50,758 bases of DNA from Candidatus Hydrogenedentota bacterium (GTDB lineage Bacteria; Hydrogenedentota; Hydrogenedentia; Hydrogenedentales; SLHB01): positions 1-50,758 of the forward strand of contig JARKSN010000065.1 in NCBI GenBank assembly GCA_029974275.1, read 5' to 3'. Below the pieces are notes generated by a model, which was given only the letters and a program-made list of their open reading frames with translations, had not been told where the DNA came from and did no database searches. This document shows positions 6,876 to 14,559 of this stretch, in pieces. Position numbers and translations under genes: made by a program. How positions within the stretch are numbered: position 1 is the first letter of the stretch; each line of letters starts with the position of its first letter.

Positions 6876-9374
6876 GTGAGCGATAAAGGGCCAGCGGCTC
6901 GGGGGAAAGCGACCAAGGCACCTCATGCTTCGCGAGGAGATATCCGCCTTCTTCACCTCGCGGATGCGGTGCGGGCGCATATGCGGCAGTCGCTGGGACT
7001 GGCTTGGACGCGGGCCACGTCTGGATCCATGTTTCGCGCCTTGGCTTTTGCGGTGCGCGATCGCCTTGCGGGCAGAATGGTGGAAACGCGGGAGCGCGTA
7101 GGGGAAGTGGATGCCAAGCAGGCGTTTTTTCTTACGATGGAGTATGCCGGGGGCAAAGCGTTGCGGTCGCACTTGCGGGCGCTGGGTATCGAGAATGTCG
7201 CCTTGTCGTTATTGTCGGACATGGGATGGGACGCTGCCGCGGTTCTTGAGGCGGAATCCGACATGCCTTTGGGGGATGGGGCGGAGGGGTATGGAGCGGC
7301 GGAGGCGCTTGAGTCGCTTACGGCAATGAATTTTCCTGTGACGGGGTATGGCCTTCAGTATGAATTCGGCGCTTTTCGTCAAGAAATTCACAACGGCTTC
7401 CAAAAGGAGAAGCCGGGGCTGTGGGACGGTTTTGGGTCGCCATGGCTGATCGCGCGTCCGGAGGAGGCGTGTCTTGCGCCCGTGTATGGACGCATCGAGG
7501 AAGGATTCGATCGGCACGGCAATTACTGTCCCCGATGGGTGGATTGGCAGGTGATCCTAGGCATTCCCGCCGATATGCCTCTTTCGGCTCCGGGAAGCGG
7601 CACAGTCAACTGTCTGCGTCTTTTCAGCGCGCACCCGTCGAGCGATTTTGCGGAGGCGTTGTTCACGAACGCGGATTATTTCAACGCGACGGACCGGAAG
7701 ATCGCGGGCGCGGCCGTAAGCAAGGTTTGGGTTCCGTCCGGCGCGTTTGCTGCGGCGCGGGAGCGGCGTTTGTTGCAGGAGTATTTCCTGGCCGCGTGCG
7801 CCATTCGCGATATCATGCGGGGATATGCCGCCTCCCATGACGGTTTTGAGCAGTTTCCGGACAAGGCGGCCATCCATTTGAACGGGGTTTCCACGTCAAT
7901 TGCCATTGCGGAGCTGATGCGGGCATTGGTCGACGAGCACAGCGTTCCGTGGGACGCGGCATGGGAAATCACGCAGTCTGTTTTTACGGTTACGAGGTAC
8001 GACCGCGTCGTCGACTTGGCGGAGCAGTGGCCGGTTTCGCTGTTCGAGTCGGTTCTGCCGCGACATGCGCAGATTGTGTACGAGATCAACCGCCGATTTT
8101 TGGATGACGTGACGGTCCGTTGGCCGGGCGATCTGGGCCGATTGCGTCGCATGTCGTTTTTCGACGAAGGAGACGAAAAGCGCCTTCGTTTGGCGCATGT
8201 GGCCCTGACGGGGTGTCATGCGGCGTTCGGAATTTCCGATTGTCAGTCGGAGTCGCTGGTCTCGCGCGTAGCGCCGGACTTTCACGAGATGTTTTCGGAT
8301 CGGTTTTTTCCGGGCGTGAACGGCGTTTCGCCTCGCCGTTGGGTGCTTGGGGCGAATCCTGATTTGGGCGCGTTGATCACCCGGACGATAGGCGCCGCGT
8401 GGCTGCACGATGCGCGCTGTTTGGCCGAGTTGGAGCCGTGGGCTTTGGACGGGGCATTTCAGGAGTCCTTTCAGTCGGCGCGCCGCGCCGCCAAGGCTCG
8501 GTTTGCCCAGCACGCGCACAACGCATGCCGCGTGGCGCTGGATGCCGAGGCGTTGTTTGACGTTTCGTCGGGAGGAGTCCACGAGCGGAAACGTCCGCTG
8601 CTGCACGCGATGGGGATTGTGTATGCGTATTTACGGATTGTGGAGGACGGGCTGGAGCCGCCGACGGGACATGTGCATATTTTTTCGGGAAAAGCCGTTC
8701 CGGGCGATTGGGTCTCCAAGCAAGGCATCAAGCTGATTCACTGTCTCGCAGACGTGATCAACGCCGACCCGCGCGTCCAGGGGCGACTGGCCGTGGCGTT
8801 TGCGCCCGATCACGACGTTTCTCTCGAGGAAATGCTGGTCGCCGCCGCGGATCTCTCCGAGCATCTGGCCCCTGCCGGAAGCGAGGCATCGGCGTTGCGC
8901 GCCGCGCGCTTTGCCATGAACGGAGCGGTCTTGATCGCAACGCCGGACAATCCAGCGGCCGAGGTGGGCCGGGCGGCGGGTGCGGAAAGCCATTTTCTGT
9001 TCGGCGGCTCTTGGGCGGATTTGGAAACGTTTCAGGCGTCGCATGGGCATAATGTTTCGGTTTGGATCGAGCAGGACGCACGCGTCCGCCGCGTATTGGA
9101 CGCCCTCCATAGCGATCGATTCTGTCCCGACGCGCCCGGCGAGTTGGATTGGGTCTGGAATGTTCTTGTCCACGGCGGGGACAGATATTTTCATTTGGCC
9201 GATTTATCGTCGTACCTGGATTGTCAGGAGGCGGCGTCTGAGGCGTACGCGTCGCCGCAGCGATGGCGGGAGATGGCCATCCGGAGCGTCGCCCGCGTCG
9301 GATGCCGGTTCGCGGATGCGGGGTATGGCGATCAAGCGCGAAACGGATGGGGCATCGCGTCTTTTGAGGCTTGA
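6876..9374 (+). CDS. glycogen/starch phosphorylase family (GT35) homolog with a degenerate active site
   Basis: Colinear GlgP motifs (GYGLQYEFG, RLLQEYF, LPRHAQIVYEIN, NGVSPRRW, FSGKAVPG, AADLSE, NGA) but EASGTGNMK is EASALRAAR. Confidence 0.9.
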   Translation: MSDKGPAARGKATKAPHASRGDIRLLHLADAVRAHMRQSLGLAWTRATSGSMFRALAFAVRDRLAGRMVETRERVGEVDAKQAFFLTMEYAGGKALRSHLRALGIENVALSLLSDMGWDAAAVLEAESDMPLGDGAEGYGAAEALESLTAMNFPVTGYGLQYEFGAFRQEIHNGFQKEKPGLWDGFGSPWLIARPEEACLAPVYGRIEEGFDRHGNYCPRWVDWQVILGIPADMPLSAPGSGTVNCLRLFSAHPSSDFAEALFTNADYFNATDRKIAGAAVSKVWVPSGAFAAARERRLLQEYFLAACAIRDIMRGYAASHDGFEQFPDKAAIHLNGVSTSIAIAELMRALVDEHSVPWDAAWEITQSVFTVTRYDRVVDLAEQWPVSLFESVLPRHAQIVYEINRRFLDDVTVRWPGDLGRLRRMSFFDEGDEKRLRLAHVALTGCHAAFGISDCQSESLVSRVAPDFHEMFSDRFFPGVNGVSPRRWVLGANPDLGALITRTIGAAWLHDARCLAELEPWALDGAFQESFQSARRAAKARFAQHAHNACRVALDAEALFDVSSGGVHERKRPLLHAMGIVYAYLRIVEDGLEPPTGHVHIFSGKAVPGDWVSKQGIKLIHCLADVINADPRVQGRLAVAFAPDHDVSLEEMLVAAADLSEHLAPAGSEASALRAARFAMNGAVLIATPDNPAAEVGRAAGAESHFLFGGSWADLETFQASHGHNVSVWIEQDARVRRVLDALHSDRFCPDAPGELDWVWNVLVHGGDRYFHLADLSSYLDCQEAASEAYASPQRWREMAIRSVARVGCRFADAGYGDQARNGWGIASFEA

Positions 9375-9512
9375 TTTCGCGGGCCGCGCTTGTCCTGGAT
9401 TGTGTATGGAAGACCGTGAATCGGCCCGAAAAGCCGTTTTTTCAATCCGCCCGGCCTTTGTGTAGACCAGTCGTGTTGCGCATTGCCTTTTTGTGCGCTG
9501 CAAATCCGTTTG

Positions 9513-9556
9513 AAAAAAACAGGGCTCACGGCGCATGCAGCGCGCAGTGAGCCCTG
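9513..9556 (-). terminator. intrinsic terminator of the aminotransferase gene
   Basis: CAGGGCTCAC...GTGAGCCCTG stem followed by T7 on the minus strand. Confidence 0.75.
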
Positions 9557-9569
9557 AGAATAACGTTTC

Positions 9570-10859
9570 TTACTTTGTCCCGGCGGCAAGGCCCCGGGCG
9601 CGGCGTTGCGTTTTGGGCGCGGTGCGGACTTCGTCGATATTTGCAACGACTTTCGCGACGGCGGTGGCGATGTCGTCCATGTCGTGTTTGGAGCCCATGA
9701 GCATGCGGTGGTGGACGGCTATGCCGGTGTTGTAGTGCGCGTCTTCGCACACCGGCGCTTTCCATCGACGCGGATTGATTTGTTTCCAATACTCCGCGCT
9801 GATGCGGTAACGCGGCTTGGTGTGGGGCTTGTACAGGCTGCACTGCGTCAATGGCTCGTACGGCGGCTCGAATTCCAGGCCGGTCTCCGCCGCGAGCGCC
9901 GCTGAGAACTGTGCGTTGCTGATGCCTTTCGCGCCCATGGCGGCGAAATCGAGCCGGAACGCGAAGTTGAAGTAGCTCTGTTGATCGACTTCCTTGCGTC
10001 GGCGCATGGGGATGATGCCCGGTATCTGCGCCAGAAGGCCGTTCAAGTAGATCGCGTTCTTGTCGCGCAGCTTGACCTGTTTGTCGAGGCGCTTGAGGCC
10101 GCCCAACAGGATCGCCGCCTGCCATTCGGTAAGGCGGTAATTGCCGGACTGGATGGCGTTCGTGTAATCGCCCATGTAGCCGCGTCCGCAGTTGCGCAAC
10201 GAATACAGGCGTTCGAACAGCGTCTTGTCTTGGCACATGTGGAAGCCGCCTTCGCCGCTCGACAGCACCTTGCTTTCCTGGAAGCTGAAGCAGCCGATAT
10301 GGCCCAACGTGCCGACGCCCTTGCCTTTGATGAAGGTGCCGTGTTGATGCGCGCAGTCTTCAATGAGAAACAGGTTGCGTTTTTTGCACAAGGCCTTGAT
10401 CTTCGTCATGTCCGGCACGCAGCCGTAGAGATGCACGACGATGATCGCTTTGGTCTTTTTCGTGATGGCCGCCTCGGCCTTGGCTGCGTCGAGGCACCAC
10501 GTGTCCGGTTCGACATCCACCAGCACCGGAACCGCGTTTACGTCGAGGACCGCCGCCGCCGTGGCCTGCCATGTCATCGCGGGTACGATCACTTCATCGT
10601 ATGCGCCGATGCCCAGCGCCTCGAAGGCCAGCTGAATCGCCACGGTGCCGTTCGCGCAACACATCCCGAATGCAGACTTGTGGTACGCGTTGAAGGCGTC
10701 CGCGAACTTCCATTCGATCGGCCCGTCGTAGGACCACCGGTTTGTGCGAGTGATCGAAGCCAGCAGTTTGATGTCCGCCTCGTCATGAATCGGCCACTGC
10801 GGCCACGGTTTGCTTTTGGGGCAAACAGGTTTTCCGCCATGAACGGCTAGTTGTGACAC
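9570..10859 (-). CDS. DegT/DnrJ/EryC1/StrS family PLP aminotransferase
   Basis: ANGTVAI, VHLYG, IEDCAHQHG, FSFQESKVLSSGEGG (PLP Lys), GNYRLTEWQAA; GTG start after RBS AAGGGG. Confidence 0.92.
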   Translation of the reverse strand: MSQLAVHGGKPVCPKSKPWPQWPIHDEADIKLLASITRTNRWSYDGPIEWKFADAFNAYHKSAFGMCCANGTVAIQLAFEALGIGAYDEVIVPAMTWQATAAAVLDVNAVPVLVDVEPDTWCLDAAKAEAAITKKTKAIIVVHLYGCVPDMTKIKALCKKRNLFLIEDCAHQHGTFIKGKGVGTLGHIGCFSFQESKVLSSGEGGFHMCQDKTLFERLYSLRNCGRGYMGDYTNAIQSGNYRLTEWQAAILLGGLKRLDKQVKLRDKNAIYLNGLLAQIPGIIPMRRRKEVDQQSYFNFAFRLDFAAMGAKGISNAQFSAALAAETGLEFEPPYEPLTQCSLYKPHTKPRYRISAEYWKQINPRRWKAPVCEDAHYNTGIAVHHRMLMGSKHDMDDIATAVAKVVANIDEVRTAPKTQRRARGLAAGTK

Positions 10860-10970
10860 GAATGTCCCCTTTCTTGCGTTTGGAGAAAATGCCAACGGGT
10901 TCACCTTCCCTCTGGGGTGGACAAAATACCACACCGGCGGGCGGAAGCGCAATGTTCTGGCCGCGGCCTG

Positions 10971-11462
10971 TTAGATTTTGTGGCGGCGTTTGCGCTCGCG
11001 CAAAGCGTTTGCCTTGTAGAATAGCGCGGGATCGATGATGGGTTCGTGAAGGCCCTGGGTCTCTGTGTCGCCGTAGCTGACGCGCCCGCGATATGTCCGG
11101 TTGGACAGGATGATGGCAATGGCCTGGCGTGACCATTTGTTGCCTTTGCGGGTGTATATGCCTCGCGAATGCAGGTAGTTGACTACCTTTCCCGTGCTGC
11201 GGGTTTGCAGGTATTCGCGGAAAATCATGCGCACCACTTCCGCTTCGTAGTCGTCGACGGCAAGGGGCTTGTCGTCGTTGGCGGAGCGGCGGTAGCCGTA
11301 GGGAGCTGGGCCCGTTCCGTAGCGGCCTTGTTGCACGGCGGTCAGTTGGCCTCGTTTGACTTTGGCTCCGTGCGAAAGGCGGCGTCCTGCTTCCCCGTTG
11401 TTTTCTTCTGCACCTGTTTCGAACGCGGGAATCGTCGAAGCGATTTTCTTTGCGTCGCTCAT
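10971..11462 (-). CDS. stand-alone Recombinase (large serine recombinase DNA-binding) domain protein
   Basis: APYGY...EAEVVRMIFREY...KWSRQAIAIILSNRTYRG...HEPIID motifs; no catalytic resolvase domain. Confidence 0.85.
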   Translation of the reverse strand: MSDAKKIASTIPAFETGAEENNGEAGRRLSHGAKVKRGQLTAVQQGRYGTGPAPYGYRRSANDDKPLAVDDYEAEVVRMIFREYLQTRSTGKVVNYLHSRGIYTRKGNKWSRQAIAIILSNRTYRGRVSYGDTETQGLHEPIIDPALFYKANALRERKRRHKI

Positions 11463-11637
11463 CTCGTTATAACCTCGTCCGGTATGATTGCGAGCCTGGG
11501 TATTGCTTCTCTTGTTTCACGCTGCCGGGCCGTTGGATCGCCGACCTGCCTCGCTTGTTTTCTCGATCTCGAAGCGCCGGCGCCACGCCATCCGCACATG
11601 GCCTGCCGTGTGTCCGTGCATCCACGGACCCATAGCA

Positions 11638-11667
11638 AGTATACGCCAAAAAAACGCCGTGTGTCAA
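11638..11667 (-). promoter_or_regulatory. sigma70 promoter of the recombinase-domain gene
   Basis: TTGACA-N18-TATACT. Confidence 0.7.
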
Positions 11668-11799
11668 TTGTTTTCTCTGTATTTTTCGTGCAAAGAGCCG
11701 TTGTTTTCGTGTCAATACTGCGTGTTTGACAAGCAACGCTTTATGCGCGCATGCGGCTAGAGTTTCATAAGAAATTGTTGCTGAAAAGGTTATGTATTG

Positions 11800-11834
11800 A
11801 AAAAAGAGCGCCTCTCCTTGCCCGGGAGAGGCGC
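11800..11834 (-). terminator. intrinsic terminator of the GntR gene
   Basis: GCGCCTCTCC...GGAGAGGCGC stem followed by TCTTTTTT on the minus strand. Confidence 0.8.
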
Positions 11835-11863
11835 GTCTTCAGTTTACAGGCATGCAGCGGCTG

Positions 11864-12343
11864 TTATTTCGCCTTTTTTTTGCCTTTGGCCAACGCCGTA
11901 ACGGAATCGGGCGGAGCGCTGTACAGGCTTGATTCGGCGGCGAAGCTCTTGTCCACCACTTCGTGGAGTTCCTTCACGGTCAACCCGGCGGCTTTGGCTT
12001 CGGCAACGACTTCGTGCAGGCGTCCGAAGACTCGTTTGCGGCAATCTTCGCGGCAGCGTGCATCCACGCCTTTGTTGACGAAGACGCCCATGCCCCGGCG
12101 CGTGTATAATAGGCCCATGACTTCGAGGTCGCGGTAGGCCTTTGCCACGGTGTTCGGGTTGACGTCAAGCCGCTCGGAGAGTTCGCGAACGGAAGGGAGC
12201 TGGTCGCCTGCTTTCAGGCGGCCCGAGGATATGCCGAATTGGATATGGTTCTCGATTTGGACATACACGGCGACGCTGCTGTTGATGTCGATGCTCGAGA
12301 GCATCTCGAATTGGCTTGGGTCATTTTTTGCGGCACTGGACAT
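11864..12343 (-). CDS. GntR family regulator, YtrA subfamily
   Basis: VYVQI...GDQLPSVRELSERLDVNPNTVAKAYRDLE...RRGMGVFV; short helical C-terminus; RBS AGGAG. Confidence 0.92.
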   Translation of the reverse strand: MSSAAKNDPSQFEMLSSIDINSSVAVYVQIENHIQFGISSGRLKAGDQLPSVRELSERLDVNPNTVAKAYRDLEVMGLLYTRRGMGVFVNKGVDARCREDCRKRVFGRLHEVVAEAKAAGLTVKELHEVVDKSFAAESSLYSAPPDSVTALAKGKKKAK

Positions 12344-12408
12344 GAACAACTCTCCTTACTGTGAACGTTTCACCTTAACCCCCCAAGGGTCAGCCTTACA
12401 ACGTAGCT

Positions 12409-12438
12409 ATTATACATCCCATGTAGTATGATGTTCAA
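12409..12438 (-). promoter_or_regulatory. sigma70 promoter of the YtrA-type gene, with an overlapping palindrome
   Basis: TTGAAC-N18-TATAAT; TACAT-CCC-ATGTA at 12413-12425. Confidence 0.6.
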
Positions 12439-12495
12439 CAGATATTTTAGGGCTATGCCATTGCCATATTTTGTGCCGAGAACCGGAGGGAGGAT

Positions 12496-14277
12496 GTGAT
12501 GGACATTTGGGTGCGGGGGGTATGCGCTACGCTCCTATTGTTGTCCGGTGCGTGGGGCATGACGGATCATATCGCGTTGGCCGGTCCGTGGATGCCGAGC
12601 GCCCCGTCTATGCTTTTAGCGGCCCAGGAAACGCCGCAGGAAAACGCGATTTCCAAGGGAATATTGCACATCGAGGTCGTGGATGCGATCGGAAAGCCGC
12701 TTTCTGCAAAGGTCGAGCTTCACCCTTCCGCCGGCGGTCTCCCCATCATGGCGCCGGTCCGCGAGGGCAAGGCGGAGGGCAAGTGTCCGATTGGGTTCTA
12801 CGAAGCGTTCACCTACACGTATTACGGGGGGGTGCCTTTTCTGGTGGATGTGCAGTCTGTAGAGGTCAAGGCCGACGCGCCGGTGCGGCTCGCGGTGCGG
12901 CTTGTGGAGGGATCGCGTGCGGAATCGCGCCTTGCGATGTTTGACAAGGACGGCGATCTGGCGTTGGACCGGGTGGAGATAGCTGTGGGGGTTGATCCGG
13001 CGGATCCCTGCAGCGTTCCAGGACGGACGGAGGCTCCCCGAACGGCGCAGCCGACGCTGGAGGCGAAGGAGGGTTGGTACAAGGGGGAATTGCATGCTCG
13101 TTCCCGGTTCGGTGGGGGCGCGGAAACCGTCGCGGAACTGGTCAAGCGCGCGGAAGCTCTCAAGCTTGATTTCCTCGCGATTACGGATCGCAACACGATG
13201 GCTGCGGCGCGCGACCCGGGGTTCACGTCCAATTCCGTGGTGTTGATTCCAGCCCTGGAGTGGGGCGACGAGAAGAACGGGGTTGCGCTGATATACGGTC
13301 CTGGAACGGAGCCTGGGCGCGCGTATAACACGGCGGATGCCCAGGGCATTGTGTGGCAGGTGCAAGCGCAGGGCGGGGTCTATGCCATCGCGCATCCCTG
13401 TTTCGAGATAGGCCCCTGGCAATGGGGCGTCGGGTACGTGAACGCCGTGGAGGTGTGGTGCCGGGGATGGCGCAACGTGCCCCCTCTCGCGCTGGATAGG
13501 TTGAACGATTTTTACCGGCGGACTCAGGGCAAGCGGTTGGTGCATTCGATAGCGAGGGCGGCATCGACGGAGGGGCTATCGGCCAATGGCCAGGCGGCTC
13601 TGTTCTGGAATTATGAATTGGACAAGGGGCTGTATGCCTCGGTGATCGGCGGCAGCATGACTTCCAGCCCTCAAGTTCCGATGGCGCAACCCGTCACCTA
13701 TGTTTTTGCGGAGGAGAAATCGCTTCGGGGGATTCTCGATGGACTGCGCCGAGGCAGGACCTACGTCGCCGCAGGGCCGGATCGTCCGACGGTTCAGTTT
13801 ACGGCGGATGTGCGCAAAGACGGCCTGATCGATATTGGGGTCGGCGGCGTCATGCCGGTTGGGGTCGAGACAATGCTCGAACTGACCGTGAAGGGAGCCA
13901 AGGGCAAGAAGGCGCAGGTGATGGCCGAGGGCAAGCCGATCCAGACGAAGATCATTGAGGGCGATGGGTTCATGATGCGGTTTCCGGTGTTGCCGGACCG
14001 TCGCATGGCGTATTGGGCGCGGGTGATTGACACGCCCAAGGAGTCGGCTTTTGGCGACGTGGACGTGCTCGCGATCACGAGTCCTATTTACGCCCACGAA
14101 ATGGTGTTTGTGGACAAAAACGTGAAGCCTGAGGACGCGCGTATTCGTATTCAAAAACAGCAGATTATGGGCGGCATGCAGTCTGTCGGTCCGGAAACCT
14201 CCACTGGGCAGGGCTCCAATCCGTGGGAGGCGCCGCAATCGGGCGGCACGGAAATATTGCCGCAGTGGCGGTACTGA
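12496..14277 (+). CDS. secreted CehA/McbA-like PHP-fold protein with degenerate metal ligands
   Basis: Signal-like N-terminus; WYKGELH, LDFLAITD, AIAHP, VEVW, ILDGLRRGRTYV, TSPIY motifs. Confidence 0.8.
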   Translation: MMDIWVRGVCATLLLLSGAWGMTDHIALAGPWMPSAPSMLLAAQETPQENAISKGILHIEVVDAIGKPLSAKVELHPSAGGLPIMAPVREGKAEGKCPIGFYEAFTYTYYGGVPFLVDVQSVEVKADAPVRLAVRLVEGSRAESRLAMFDKDGDLALDRVEIAVGVDPADPCSVPGRTEAPRTAQPTLEAKEGWYKGELHARSRFGGGAETVAELVKRAEALKLDFLAITDRNTMAAARDPGFTSNSVVLIPALEWGDEKNGVALIYGPGTEPGRAYNTADAQGIVWQVQAQGGVYAIAHPCFEIGPWQWGVGYVNAVEVWCRGWRNVPPLALDRLNDFYRRTQGKRLVHSIARAASTEGLSANGQAALFWNYELDKGLYASVIGGSMTSSPQVPMAQPVTYVFAEEKSLRGILDGLRRGRTYVAAGPDRPTVQFTADVRKDGLIDIGVGGVMPVGVETMLELTVKGAKGKKAQVMAEGKPIQTKIIEGDGFMMRFPVLPDRRMAYWARVIDTPKESAFGDVDVLAITSPIYAHEMVFVDKNVKPEDARIRIQKQQIMGGMQSVGPETSTGQGSNPWEAPQSGGTEILPQWRY

Positions 14278-14346
14278 TCTGGAAGGCGTTTGGCGCGCCA
14301 GGGCGGTTTGGGAAGAGGAATGCGACGATTCCCTCTTTGGATCGCC

Positions 14347-14386
14347 TAAAACGCAACACGCCGTAATCGTAATTACGGCGTGTTGC
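14347..14386 (-). terminator. strong hairpin terminator (possibly bidirectional)
   Basis: Perfect 15-bp stem GCAACACGCCGTAAT-N4-ATTACGGCGTGTTGC, then GTTTTA on the minus strand. Confidence 0.75.
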
Positions 14387-14512
14387 CTGGAAGTAAGACT
14401 TGGGGCCCCATTCAATGCCCCCCTGAGGCGCGGGATGAGCTTCCTCAGGCGCTTCCTTCAATGTCGACATCCGTGTCACGCAGGCCTTGACGTCCGTGTC
14501 TTGGCTGTCCAC
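14347..14512 (-). ncRNA. candidate CsrA/RsmA-binding sRNA
   Basis: Two GAC-ACGGAY-GTC hairpins plus further GGA motifs, between a sigma28-type promoter and a terminator; no credible CDS. Confidence 0.55.
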
Positions 14513-14517
14513 TCCAT

Positions 14518-14544
14518 ATATCGGCGGGGAGGAAAAGAACTTGA
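14518..14544 (-). promoter_or_regulatory. sigma28 (FliA/SigD)-type promoter
   Basis: TCAAGTTC-N11-GCCGATAT versus consensus TAAAGTTT-N11-GCCGATAA. Confidence 0.75.
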
Positions 14545-14559
14545 GCGCGGGGGCCTTGC

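Noticed and set aside
10971..11462. Active site-specific recombinase or mobile element
   Set aside because: The catalytic serine domain is absent and there are no flanking cargo genes or terminal repeats.
14165..14512. 115-aa minus-strand ORF over the candidate sRNA
   Set aside because: No spaced RBS, runs through the terminator hairpin, overlaps the PHP gene antisense, and has no recognisable motifs.
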